Assembly: GCA_037440465.1 (NCBI GenBank) | Contig: JBBIUB010000001.1 | Coordinates: 96,001 to 160,000, forward strand | Direction of reading: 5' to 3' | DNA length: 64,000 nt | Source of the DNA: Coprothermobacterota bacterium | GTDB lineage: Bacteria > Coprothermobacterota > HKB111 | Shown: positions 17,427 through 27,580 of the stretch, one piece after another | How the letters are laid out: each line of letters begins with the position of its first letter | Position numbering within the stretch: the stretch's first letter is position 1 | Notes under the pieces: generated by a model | Databases searched by the model: none | Told to the model about the DNA's origin: nothing | Seen by the model: the letters and a program-made list of their open reading frames with translations, nothing else | Position numbers and translations under genes: made by a program

Positions 17427-18061
17427 TTTTCTTTCTCCTTCATTAAAATATTTAATATTTCTTCTTCACTTACTGGATAAAACTCATTATAGAACTCCCC
17501 CACAGCATAGAAAATATCTGGTACATGAAGAATAATTACATCTGAGGCTTTTATTTTAAGCCTTTCTACTGACTCTCTTGAACTAACCGGCGCTGCAACT
17601 ATCACTTCAGAAGCTCCTTCACGAAGTAAATAATGGAGAGCTGCCTCTACAGATAACCCCGTAGCAAGACCATCATCTATAAGAAGAACTTTCTTATTTT
17701 TAACTTCTCTCTTCACCAAGACTTTTCTGTAAGTTTTATCACGTTCCTTTAGTTCTCTATGGAAATTAGATGCTGTTTTTGTTAAATAATCGCTGGGTAA
17801 CTGAGCTATAACATATTCATCTTTTCCTTTGAAAATTTCCCCATCTAAAGTTACAATAGCTATTGCATACTCGGGATTACCTGGTGGTCCAATTTTTTTT
17901 ACCAAAACAAAATCCAGTGGTATTCTCATATTATCTGCTACTACGCTGGCTACTACCAATCCACCTCGAGGGAGTCCAATAATCAGGTCAGCTTGAAACT
18001 CCATTTTAGATAAGTATTTATCTAAAAGTTCCCCAGCTTCGTTACGATTCTGATATCTCAT
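17408..18061 (-). CDS. Phosphoribosyltransferase-family protein
   Basis: GLPRGG, VLLIDDGLATG, FYAVGEFY. Confidence 0.85.
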   Translation of the reverse strand: MRYQNRNEAGELLDKYLSKMEFQADLIIGLPRGGLVVASVVADNMRIPLDFVLVKKIGPPGNPEYAIAIVTLDGEIFKGKDEYVIAQLPSDYLTKTASNFHRELKERDKTYRKVLVKREVKNKKVLLIDDGLATGLSVEAALHYLLREGASEVIVAAPVSSRESVERLKIKASDVIILHVPDIFYAVGEFYNEFYPVSEEEILNILMKEKEKWMNQV

Positions 18062-18422
18062 CTGACTTAATATCTACTTTACCTTTTAAAACTGCACCAT
18101 CCTGCAATTCTACACGAGCAGCAGATATATTACCCTTAATATGAGCAGAACTTAAAAGTTCTACTTTTTCAGTACAATTGATATCGCCTTCAACTTTTCC
18201 TAATACACTCAAATTAGTAGAAGTGATATTACCTCTAACAACACCTTTCTTGCCAATCACTACCAATGATTCTATCTTTATTTCCCCTTCTACTACTCCA
18301 TCTATTCTTAATCCATCTTTTCCTTCAAGATTTCCAATTACCTTGCTGCTTTCTCCAATGATTGTTCCAATAGCGGCTTCTTCTATCTTTTTGACTTTTT
18401 CTTTACTTCCAAAAATTGGCAT
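18042..18422 (-). CDS. Bactofilin (polymer-forming cytoskeletal protein)
   Basis: TIIG...GNL...LRIDG...G.V.G.I beta-helix repeats. Confidence 0.88.
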   Translation of the reverse strand: MPIFGSKEKVKKIEEAAIGTIIGESSKVIGNLEGKDGLRIDGVVEGEIKIESLVVIGKKGVVRGNITSTNLSVLGKVEGDINCTEKVELLSSAHIKGNISAARVELQDGAVLKGKVDIKSDEISES

Positions 18423-18453
18423 ATTAATAACCTCTTAAATAATTATTAATAAA

Positions 18454-19368
18454 TTATGGCAAATATGGTAAGGGATCAATAGATGCTCCCTTATAACGAA
18501 CTTCATAATGGAGATGAGACCCAGTTGTAATACCGCTTGTGCCAACATAACCAATGATTTGTCCTTTTGTGACTTCCTGACCTTTTTTTACTATAGCCTT
18601 GCTCAAATGAGCATATAGAGTAGAAATTCCATCCCTGTGATATACTGTCACAGTCTTCCCCAGGCTACCAGAATATCCAACTTCTGTTACTTTCCCATCA
18701 GCAGAAACTCTAATTCCAGTCCCATAAGAAGCAAGAATATCAATACCTCTATGGAAATCTCTACCTTTCCATACAGGGTGCCTTCTCCAGCCAAAATAAG
18801 ATACAATAGGACCTAAGACAGGATAAATATCAGGTGTTTTTTGTTTTAATTCTTTAAATATGTCTGTTGCTTCCTGCAATGCTGTAAGAGTTTCAGCTGT
18901 ACTTCTAGCATCAAGATTAAGCTGAGTCAATGATTCCGAAATGGAAAGAAATTCATCGTTAGCATTTCTACTCACTGACCATATATTTGAATCTCTACCT
19001 GCAAGAAGATCATCAAGAGATACTTTAGTGGGACCTAATTTTAGGGATTCCCTTACCTCTTCTTCAATTTGTCCAAGATATGTTAAATAATTTTTTATTA
19101 CCTCACTCTCTTCTTTAACACTCATCAAGAGGTTGTTCAATTGCCTATTATGGGATTGAACCTTTTTGAGAGTCTGCCAAGATTCCTGTCTAAGGTGACG
19201 CTCACTCAAGTAAAGGGGCAAAAGAGTTAGAGTAGAAAGGATACCTATTACCCAGAGTGAAATCAGTCCAAGGAGTATATCTTTTAAAACCCTTTTTCTA
19301 ACTGAAAACCTAAATGATTTCCCTTCCTGGTGAGGAATAATGTATATTGTAAATTTATCTTCTTTCAT
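18454..19368 (-). CDS. M23 peptidase (TM, coiled coil, LytM domain)
   Basis: FHRGID, YAHL, TTGSHLHYEV. Confidence 0.9.
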   Translation of the reverse strand: MKEDKFTIYIIPHQEGKSFRFSVRKRVLKDILLGLISLWVIGILSTLTLLPLYLSERHLRQESWQTLKKVQSHNRQLNNLLMSVKEESEVIKNYLTYLGQIEEEVRESLKLGPTKVSLDDLLAGRDSNIWSVSRNANDEFLSISESLTQLNLDARSTAETLTALQEATDIFKELKQKTPDIYPVLGPIVSYFGWRRHPVWKGRDFHRGIDILASYGTGIRVSADGKVTEVGYSGSLGKTVTVYHRDGISTLYAHLSKAIVKKGQEVTKGQIIGYVGTSGITTGSHLHYEVRYKGASIDPLPYLP

Positions 19369-19840
19369 CCCTTAATTTATTCCAGGTTTCTTTTAACATA
19401 TTCTCTTCTTCCTCAGAAATAGGAGATTGTGGTACTCCTGAATCTATCTCCCTCATAAATACTCTACTTCCATCACGACTACTCATTACAGTTATCACAA
19501 AACCATCGCCATTCTTATTTATAACGCCTAAGGAGTAGCCAAGACCATTTACTGCATCACCAAAAGGTTTAAATCTGGTAAATCCAACCCCTTTTAGACT
19601 CATTTCATCAGACTTAACAAGTCCTTTTACTGATTTCTCAACTTCTTCCAGTTTTTTTATATATTGGTCTAAATTCTTAACCTGTCGACTATTACGCTGG
19701 TAAACTTGGAATATTCTAATTAAAAAATATAAAGTTGTCAGTGCAATAAAAAAAGCAATAATAGATATTAATATAAGCCTCTCAAACCCAACTTCTTTAA
19801 TATCTGATAGGAACAACGTATTTAACATAACATTCTCCAT
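19355..19840 (-). CDS. DUF4446-like membrane protein
   Basis: N-terminal TM; VGFTRFKPFGD...SLG...GDGFVIT...SEEE. Confidence 0.6.
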   Translation of the reverse strand: MENVMLNTLFLSDIKEVGFERLILISIIAFFIALTTLYFLIRIFQVYQRNSRQVKNLDQYIKKLEEVEKSVKGLVKSDEMSLKGVGFTRFKPFGDAVNGLGYSLGVINKNGDGFVITVMSSRDGSRVFMREIDSGVPQSPISEEEENMLKETWNKLRDERR

Positions 19841-19845
19841 TTCAT

Positions 19846-19883
19846 AAAAGGGCGTTGTAAGTTAATTACTCACAACGCCCTTT
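19846..19883 (-). terminator. Intrinsic terminator after hup
   Basis: Minus strand AAAGGGCGTTGTGAGT-aatta-ACTTACAACGCCCTTTT. Confidence 0.8.
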
Positions 19884-19894
19884 AATTAACAATT

Positions 19895-20182
19895 CTAACC
19901 CATTGCAACAGATTTCCTAAGTTCCTTACCTGCTCTGAAAACTGGAACCTTTTTAGCTGGAATTTTGATACGAACTTTTTCTTTGGCTTTTCTGGGATGA
20001 ACTCCCATTCGAGCTGCTCTTGTGCGAACATCAAAGGTACCAAAACCCACTATCTTAACTGGTTCTCCTTGTGCATTGCTATCAAGAATAGAATCAAAAA
20101 CAGCGTTAATAACACCAGCTGCGACTTTTTTAGTTACGCCAGCTTTCTCTGCTACTACATTAATTAATTCGGGCTTATTCAC
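19895..20182 (-). CDS. hup: HU DNA-binding protein
   Basis: MNKPELI, GFGTF, RAARMG, PVFRAGKEL. Confidence 0.93.
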   Translation of the reverse strand: MNKPELINVVAEKAGVTKKVAAGVINAVFDSILDSNAQGEPVKIVGFGTFDVRTRAARMGVHPRKAKEKVRIKIPAKKVPVFRAGKELRKSVAMG

Positions 20183-20221
20183 TTACATATCACCTCCTTT
20201 CTTTAATATTTACACAAATGG

Positions 20222-20250
20222 AGTATACAAGAATAATTATAAATTGTCAA
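20222..20250 (-). promoter_or_regulatory. Sigma70 promoter for hup
   Basis: TTGACA (20250-20245) - 17 nt - TATACT (20227-20222). Confidence 0.75.
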
Positions 20251-21388
20251 GATATTTTAAGGTTTCTTCTAAATATTTTTCATCATTTGAGTTGGCTGGT
20301 AATTCAAAGTCAGGAATTAAACCCTTGTCATTTATAAATCTACCTGATGGTAACTTATATTTTGCAATGGTGAGTTTTAAAGCGGTACCATCTTTTAAAT
20401 TCCAAACTCTTTGAACCGAACCTTTTCCAAATGTTTTTCTCCCAATAAGAATAGCAGCATCATGGTCCTGTAAAGCTCCTGCTATAATCTCAGAAGCACT
20501 GGCAGTACCTTCATCAATCCATACAGAAAGTGGTAATTTGTACCGTGGATCTGTTCCTTTATAAGTTTGAGATCTGCCATCGTTATCAACTATAGAAACA
20601 ATCTCACCTTTTATAAATAATTTTGCGACATCTACTGCTGGTTCGAGAAGTCCGCCAGGATTTTTTCTAAGATCAATAACAAAGCCTTTTGACCCCAATT
20701 TGACTAAATTAGAAATAGCTTTTTCAACATCATCCGGGGTAACCTCATTAAATAAAGAAATCTTTAAATAACCAAGTGTTTTATTGAGCATCTTAGATTC
20801 AACTGTAATTATCTTTATTATCTGCCGGATAAGATTCACTTCATAAGCAGAATCTCCCCTTTTAAATTCTATTTGAACTTTAGTATCTGGGTTACCTCTA
20901 ATCATACCCGCTACCCTTTCAAGTGTAAACCCTTCTACATTTATTCCATCAACCTTTATTACAATATCTCCAGATTGAACCCCTGCTCTTGAAGCAGGAG
21001 TATCAGGAAAAGGTGCAATTACTATTTTATTACTTTCTTTTAAACCGAGCTGTATTCCAACTCCCCCATAAAAACCTCTGGCTTCATCTTTAAGATGCTT
21101 ATAATCTTCTTCTTCCAGTGTATAGGAGTATGGATCACCTAAAGATTGAACAATACCTGAAAGTAAGCCTTTAAATATTTTTGTCCAATCAAATTCATTT
21201 TTAAAATATGACTCTTTCTCTATTAGATTTATTGTATCTTTTAGAACACTTTTTTGCTCCTGGCTTAGCGGTAAAATTTCCTTTGAAATAACAGGAACAA
21301 AGTATCTACCGGTTAGGTATCCCCCCGAAAAGAGGATAAGACCAATAGCAATAAATACAATATACTTTTTAAACTTATCCAAATTCAT
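20237..21388 (-). CDS. ctpA: S41 C-terminal processing peptidase (PDZ)
   Basis: DPYS, GGVGI, DLRKNPGG, TASASE, TFGKGSVQ. Confidence 0.9.
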   Translation of the reverse strand: MNLDKFKKYIVFIAIGLILFSGGYLTGRYFVPVISKEILPLSQEQKSVLKDTINLIEKESYFKNEFDWTKIFKGLLSGIVQSLGDPYSYTLEEEDYKHLKDEARGFYGGVGIQLGLKESNKIVIAPFPDTPASRAGVQSGDIVIKVDGINVEGFTLERVAGMIRGNPDTKVQIEFKRGDSAYEVNLIRQIIKIITVESKMLNKTLGYLKISLFNEVTPDDVEKAISNLVKLGSKGFVIDLRKNPGGLLEPAVDVAKLFIKGEIVSIVDNDGRSQTYKGTDPRYKLPLSVWIDEGTASASEIIAGALQDHDAAILIGRKTFGKGSVQRVWNLKDGTALKLTIAKYKLPSGRFINDKGLIPDFELPANSNDEKYLEETLKYLDNL

Positions 21389-21407
21389 TCTCCTTATTAT
21401 TAAATAA

Positions 21408-22562
21408 CTAAGGTAGCCACTTTTGAGGATCTACATGCACTCCGTTTATAATAATTTCAAAATGAAGGTGAGGACCTGTAGAATACCCTGTGCTACCACA
21501 TAGACCAATTATTGTGCCTTGTTCAACCCATTGACCTTTACTTACTAAAATCTTACTAAAATGAGCATATCTTGTAGCAATACCATCTCCATGATATATT
21601 AGCACGGTTAAACCATAGAAGGCACGCCAACCTGTGAAAACAACTTCTCCACTCCTGGAAGCAATTATTGGAGTACCGGTCGGAGCTGCAATATCAATAC
21701 CCCAATGTCTTCCTAGGTACTTTCTCCAAACTCCAAAAGGTGAGGTTATTCTCCCTATTAAGGGCCAAATAAAACCTTCACCTGAACGAGATGCTGTAGA
21801 AGTGCCTTTCTTTTTTCTTTCTTCCTCCAGTTTCTTTAATAATGATTGAATTTCTCTTTGTTCTTTAAATATCTGAGCCTTAAGCTCTGCAGATCGCTTT
21901 GCGTAATCCTCTTTTTCAGATTGAACATCCTCCAATAATGACTCTTTTTGAGAAACAGCTCTATTTAAATCCTTTTTCTTTTGAGATAAATCATCTTTTA
22001 GTTTAGCTACTCCCTCAAGCTTCACAACTAAATCTTCTTTTTTACTTGTCAGCTCTTTATGCTTAATCCGACTTTCTTCAAGAAGGTTCTTATCCGAAGA
22101 AAAAATGAATCCAAAATGTTTACTATATTTGCTTAAGTCGGTAAGGTTATTCTCGCCATTAAAATAAAATATCAGTACTCCACCTCTCAAAATACGTTCA
22201 AGATGAACTAACCTTTTTTTTATCTTTTCTAAATGATCTTTTATAGCTAACTCTAATCTCATTATCTCTTTTTCTGTTTTTCTTGTCTCTTTTTCAAGGG
22301 TACTCAATCTGTTTTCAAGATATTTTATATCTTTTTCTCTACTCTCAATCTCTCGGTCTAATTTCTGAATCTCCTTAAAAAGATTTTTTTCCTTGGTAGC
22401 TAATTTACTAACAATTTGATTTACAGAATTTAAAGTTTTTTGTAATAGAGTAAGTTTATCTTGCTTAGTTTTAATATCTTTCTGAGTTTCACTAAAAGCT
22501 AATTCAGACATAGAAAAAATAATAATTATTATTAAAAATAATGCGATAATTCTTTTAATCAT
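21408..22562 (-). CDS. EnvC-like coiled-coil M23 murein hydrolase (activator)
   Basis: Long coiled coil; HWGID, YAH, STGPHLHFE; downstream of ftsEX. Confidence 0.85.
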   Translation of the reverse strand: MIKRIIALFLIIIIIFSMSELAFSETQKDIKTKQDKLTLLQKTLNSVNQIVSKLATKEKNLFKEIQKLDREIESREKDIKYLENRLSTLEKETRKTEKEIMRLELAIKDHLEKIKKRLVHLERILRGGVLIFYFNGENNLTDLSKYSKHFGFIFSSDKNLLEESRIKHKELTSKKEDLVVKLEGVAKLKDDLSQKKKDLNRAVSQKESLLEDVQSEKEDYAKRSAELKAQIFKEQREIQSLLKKLEEERKKKGTSTASRSGEGFIWPLIGRITSPFGVWRKYLGRHWGIDIAAPTGTPIIASRSGEVVFTGWRAFYGLTVLIYHGDGIATRYAHFSKILVSKGQWVEQGTIIGLCGSTGYSTGPHLHFEIIINGVHVDPQKWLP

Positions 22563-23474
22563 TTAGGCTTCCCTCAAATATCTTTGAGTAGCAAACAGGG
22601 CTCCCAGGGCGCCAATAAAAGCACCAATGATAATAAGGCTAACCCATAGGTACCACCAGTTACCAAGAGCAAAATTACCAAGTGGGTTTAATAACCTGAG
22701 CATATCATGTAAAAATTTCTTAAGAGTTGGATGAAAAATTATTAAGATTGTTAGAGCTACTGCTCCCCCTAAAAACCCATATAAAAGACCTTCTAATATA
22801 AATGGTCTCTTAATATAGCCTGGTGGTGCTCCCACCAAATACATAACCAGCACTTCCTCCTTTCTATTTCTTATTGCCAGACCAACGGTTAATGATATAA
22901 GGATAGTAGCAAATATTGTAAATAAAGTAAAGACCAATCCACCTATTAGCCTGACCATAGAAAGTAAATTACTTACTCTTGAAATGGCTTCACCCATATT
23001 TAATATCTCTGTTATGATGGGAATTTCTCTTAAGAGAGTAATAATTTTAGGAGCATCTTCAAGATAGTTTAAAGTGATTTCTACGGAATAAGGAATTGGG
23101 TTTTCATCCAAAGATAGAATTATTGCTCCTTCTTCTCCAAGTACAGCAGCTAATTGATTTAACGCTTCCTGGGGAGTTATAAGCTCAGCAGACTTAACCT
23201 CAGGTCTCTTCTTGATAAAATCAAGCATGCCATCCATAGCTTCTTCTAAAGTATTTTTCTCAATGTAAGCCACAATAGAAATCTGTGACTGTAAATGATA
23301 GACAACCTCCCTAAAAACAAGGATGGTAACAACAGAAACAAAGAGAACAGTTAGAGCTATTGCTATCGAAAAAGTTGCAGCCAGAGTTACATATATATTC
23401 CTATACAAGCCTTTAGTAGCCTGCTTAAATGCTCTTAACCATCCAGTAATTAGTAGAAGGTGGTTATCTTTCAC
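22563..23474 (-). CDS. ftsX: Cell division permease FtsX
   Basis: ENPIP, R.EEV.VM.LVGA...YIKRPF..EG. Confidence 0.88.
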   Translation of the reverse strand: MKDNHLLLITGWLRAFKQATKGLYRNIYVTLAATFSIAIALTVLFVSVVTILVFREVVYHLQSQISIVAYIEKNTLEEAMDGMLDFIKKRPEVKSAELITPQEALNQLAAVLGEEGAIILSLDENPIPYSVEITLNYLEDAPKIITLLREIPIITEILNMGEAISRVSNLLSMVRLIGGLVFTLFTIFATILISLTVGLAIRNRKEEVLVMYLVGAPPGYIKRPFILEGLLYGFLGGAVALTILIIFHPTLKKFLHDMLRLLNPLGNFALGNWWYLWVSLIIIGAFIGALGALFATQRYLREA

Positions 23475-24126
23475 TAATGACCCTCCCTTCTTTAATTCTA
23501 ATTACTCTCCCTGGAATTTTCTTTACAAGCTCTTCATTATGGGTAGCTACAACTAAAGTCATACCTTTTCTATGTAACATTTCCAGTAAATCTATTATAG
23601 CATGGGTAGTTTCTGAATCAAGATTAGCAGTGGGTTCATCCGCTAAAATGAGATAAGGTTCAAAAGCTATCGCCCGGGAAATAGCTACCCTTTGCTGCTC
23701 ACCACCTGATAACTCATTCGGGAAGAGATCACCTTTATTTTTTAAATCAACGAGTTCGAATAGTTCTGCTAATCTATATTTAATATCATTATCCGACCAA
23801 CCTAATACCTCAAGTGGGAGTGAAACATTCTCAGCAACTGTTCTATATGGAACCAGTCTAAAATCTTGAAATATCACACCTATCTGTCTTCTTAGGGATG
23901 CTATCTCATCATATGATATTTTGGAAAGGTTCTTCCCCTTGAAAGAAACGGTTCCAAAAGTAGGTGTTTGAGCCCTGTATGCTAACTCAAGAAGAGTAGT
24001 TTTACCAGACCCAGTGTGGCCATGAATGTAAATAAACTCACCTTCATCAATATTAATATTTATATCTCTTAAGGCAACTACCCTACGAGATGGATAAACT
24101 TTAGTTACATGATGGTAGGTTAGCAT
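23464..24126 (-). CDS. ftsE: Cell division ATP-binding protein FtsE
   Basis: GHTGSGKT, RRQIGVIFQDFRL, LSGGEQQR, ADEPT. Confidence 0.9.
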   Translation of the reverse strand: MLTYHHVTKVYPSRRVVALRDININIDEGEFIYIHGHTGSGKTTLLELAYRAQTPTFGTVSFKGKNLSKISYDEIASLRRQIGVIFQDFRLVPYRTVAENVSLPLEVLGWSDNDIKYRLAELFELVDLKNKGDLFPNELSGGEQQRVAISRAIAFEPYLILADEPTANLDSETTHAIIDLLEMLHRKGMTLVVATHNEELVKKIPGRVIRIKEGRVISER

Positions 24127-25196
24127 AATTTTTTAGAAATGCCTCAATAAAAATTTCAATTTCTCCTCTCATAACTGCTTCTACATTACCTGTCTCAGTA
24201 TTAGTACGATGATCTTTCACTAATTGATAAGGTTGAAATACATACGATCTTATCTGATTCCCCCAGGATGCACTTTTATGTTCACCTTTTATAATTTTTA
24301 ATTCTTCTTTCTTTTCATCTTCTCTCTTTTGAAAAAGACGGGAGTATAGAACCTTCAAGGCAGTTGCCTTATTCAAGTGTTGTGATCTCTCATTCTGGCA
24401 GGAAACAACTAATCCCGTTGGAAGATGAACAATCCGCACAGCGGAATCCGTTTTTTGAAGATGTTGCCCTCCCTTTCCAGAAGCACGAAACGTATCAATT
24501 CTTAAATCTTTATCATCTATTTCATAATTTACCTCTTCTATCTCAGGAGTAATCTCAACAAGAGCAAATGATGTGTGCCGCTTTTTATTTGTATCATATG
24601 GAGAAATCCTTACTAGTCTATGAACACCTGCCTCTCCCTTAAGATATCCATAAGCGTAATCTCCTTTAATATGATAGGTTATACTCTTTATTCCAGCTTC
24701 CTCACCTGGAGAAAGGTCTATTGTCTTTACTGTAAAACCTCTTTTTTCACTCCATAAAACATACATATGAGCAAGAAGTTCTGCCCAGTCCTGAGCATCC
24801 ACCCCACCAGAACCAGCATGGATGGAAAGATATACAGAGTTTTGATCAAAAGGGTCTTTGAATAAAAGTAAAAGCTTAAATTCTGAGGCTTCTTTAATTC
24901 CCTTTTCAAGTTTTACCTCAAACTCTTTTATAAGAGATAAATCCTGAGTTTCTTCTATAAGTTCTTTAAACGCTACAAGTTCTTCTTCAAATTTTTCCAG
25001 TTCTTCAAAACGAGATAACAGTCTTTTCAGTCCTTCTTTTTCTTTAAGAATCTTGTGAGTGTCTGTTTGGTTTTGCCAAAAAACAGGATCTTCTGTTTTA
25101 AGTATCAAATCATTTAACCGGTCTCTGAAACCACTTCTTTCAAAGAAACCCCCTTATTTCCATCATTTCTTCTTTAAAACCAGTTTCATCTATCAA
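24101..25196 (-). CDS. prfB: Peptide chain release factor 2 (programmed +1 frameshift)
   Basis: GGQ and SPY motifs. TTG start at 25196 gives MIDETGFKEEMMEIRGFL, then AGGGGG-TTT-CTT-TGA-A; the +1 frame (ERSGFRDRLND) joins the 25108 ORF. Confidence 0.93.
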
Positions 25197-27550
25197 TTAT
25201 GTCTTCCTCTTTTCTGTGCACTTGATGATGAAGAAGAATCTCGAACCTGAAAATGAAACAACATTCTTAGAGTTTCTTTTTTTATCGAAAAAAGCATTTC
25301 TGTGAATAAGCGATGAGCCTCATAACGAAACTCTATTAGAGGTTCTTTTTGAGCGTAAGCCCTTAAGCCAATACCTTCTTTTATATGATCAATATTCAAC
25401 AGATGTTCTTTGAAGTGCCAATCAAGAGTCCTTAAGAACACATATCTTTCTGCTGATCTCATAAGAGAATGTCCATATGTATGCTCTCTTTCATCGTATT
25501 TTTGAATGCAAAATGAAGTCAACTCATCTTCTTTTAGAGATCCTTCATTAAGGTCATAAGGAAGGGATCCAAAAATCGCCAGGAACTCTTTTTTTAAATA
25601 ATCAAAATCCAACATACCTTCTTCTAAAATTCGGATGTAATATTGTATTACATCTTTAATCATAGAATGAATTTGTTCCTTTAAATTGTCAGAATAAAGA
25701 ACCTGTTTGCGTTCTTTATATATAAAGTCTCTCTGGCGGTTCAAAACATCATCATAATTTAAAAGGGCTTTACGAATCTCAAAATTGTATTTCTCAACTC
25801 TTTTTTGAGCAGTCTCAATAGCTCTACTTAATAGTGGATGGTCCAGTGGCTCATCTTCTGGAAAGTTCAATCGAGTCATTAGGCTTTGTATCGTTTCACC
25901 TCCAAATATTCTCATCAACTCATCATTCAATCCTACAAAGAAACGCGACTCACCAGGATCGCCCTGTCTTCCAGAACGACCCCTAAGTTGATTATCTATT
26001 CTTCTACTTTCATGTCTTTCAGTTCCCAAAACATATAACCCACCAAGCGCTTGAACACCTTCCTCAAGAACAATATCAACTCCCCTACCAGCCATATTAG
26101 TTGCTATAGTCACAGCATATTTTTTGCCTGCTTTAGCAATTATAGCAGCTTCTTTTTCATGATATTTAGCATTAAGGACTTCATGAGGTACTCCTTCTCT
26201 CTTGAGCATAGAGCTCAGTACTTCAGACTTCTCTATAGATCTGGTACCTACCAATACAGGTCTGCCTATTTTGTAATTCCTTATTATATCTTTTATTATA
26301 GCTTTGAATTTAGCTTTCTCAGTTTTATAAACAATATCATTATTATCAACCCTGATCATAGGTTTATGAGTAGGAATTACCACTGTCTCAAGACCATATA
26401 TAGACCTAAATTCCTCTGCTTCAGTATAGGCTGTTCCAGTCATTCCTGAAAGCTTCTTATACATTCTAAAGAAGTTCTGAATGCTTATAGTAGCAAGAGT
26501 TTGTGTTTCTTCTCGGACAAGCACCCCTTCTTTAGCTTCGATGGCTTGATGAAGACCTTCGCTGTACCTTCTACCGGGAAGCAACCTACCTGTAAACTCA
26601 TCTACTATAATTACTTCTCCTTCTTTAGCAACATAGTCAACATCTTTTCTAAAGAGCTGATGAGCTCTAATGGCTTGAGTGATATATTTCAATACATTGG
26701 AATGTTCAGGATCATACAAATTATCTACTTTAAGCAGATTTTCTAATTTTTTAACACCATCATCAGTAAGAGTAGCTGTTTTAGTTTTGTGGTCTAACTC
26801 AAAGTCTTCTCCTTCTTTAAGCCGTGAAGCCCAACGATTAGCTCGATAATAAGAAGTTGTGGATTCTTCAGCTGGACCGGCTATAATAAGAGGAGTTCTT
26901 GCTTCATCTATAAGAATAGAATCTACCTCGTCTACTATAGCATAATTAAGCTCTTTCTGAAAAATTTCTTTTACATCTAAAGACATATTATCTCTTAAGT
27001 AATCGAACCCAAACTCCGAATTAGTACCATAAATAATATCAGCTTGATAAACTTTTTTCTTTTCCTCATGACTCTGTCCATGTTTAATTACTCCTACTTC
27101 AAGTCCAAGGAAATTATAAATAGGACCCATCCATTGAGCATCCCTTTGAGCAAGATACTCGTTGACAGTAACTATATGAACCCCTTTTCCAGTAATAGCA
27201 TTAAGACAAACAGGTAGAGTAGCTACAAGAGTTTTGCCTTCACCTGTTTTCATTTCAGCAATCATTCCCTTGTGAAGAACAATACCACCAAGAATCTGAA
27301 CATCAAATGGTCTTAGACTGATTGTTCTCCAGGCAACTTCCCTTGTCACAGCAAATATGTCAGGGATAAGTTTATCCAGAGCTTCACCATTCTGAAACTT
27401 ATTTTTTTGAAGGAAAAAACTGTTTCTTAGTTCGGTATCAGAATATTTCTTAAATTCATCATCCAATGAGTTTATTCTTACTAGTAAAGGTTTTATAGTA
27501 TTTAAAATTTTGTTAGAAGGGTCGAGATACCCTTTCAAAAAATTTAGCAA
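25193..27550 (-). CDS. secA: Preprotein translocase ATPase SecA
   Basis: EMKTGEGKT, DEVDS, TNMAGRG, QLRGRSGRQGDPG. Confidence 0.97.
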   Translation of the reverse strand: MLNFLKGYLDPSNKILNTIKPLLVRINSLDDEFKKYSDTELRNSFFLQKNKFQNGEALDKLIPDIFAVTREVAWRTISLRPFDVQILGGIVLHKGMIAEMKTGEGKTLVATLPVCLNAITGKGVHIVTVNEYLAQRDAQWMGPIYNFLGLEVGVIKHGQSHEEKKKVYQADIIYGTNSEFGFDYLRDNMSLDVKEIFQKELNYAIVDEVDSILIDEARTPLIIAGPAEESTTSYYRANRWASRLKEGEDFELDHKTKTATLTDDGVKKLENLLKVDNLYDPEHSNVLKYITQAIRAHQLFRKDVDYVAKEGEVIIVDEFTGRLLPGRRYSEGLHQAIEAKEGVLVREETQTLATISIQNFFRMYKKLSGMTGTAYTEAEEFRSIYGLETVVIPTHKPMIRVDNNDIVYKTEKAKFKAIIKDIIRNYKIGRPVLVGTRSIEKSEVLSSMLKREGVPHEVLNAKYHEKEAAIIAKAGKKYAVTIATNMAGRGVDIVLEEGVQALGGLYVLGTERHESRRIDNQLRGRSGRQGDPGESRFFVGLNDELMRIFGGETIQSLMTRLNFPEDEPLDHPLLSRAIETAQKRVEKYNFEIRKALLNYDDVLNRQRDFIYKERKQVLYSDNLKEQIHSMIKDVIQYYIRILEEGMLDFDYLKKEFLAIFGSLPYDLNEGSLKEDELTSFCIQKYDEREHTYGHSLMRSAERYVFLRTLDWHFKEHLLNIDHIKEGIGLRAYAQKEPLIEFRYEAHRLFTEMLFSIKKETLRMLFHFQVRDSSSSSSAQKRGRHN

Positions 27551-27580
27551 TGGGATATTTCCATTAAAAGTTCTTAATAA

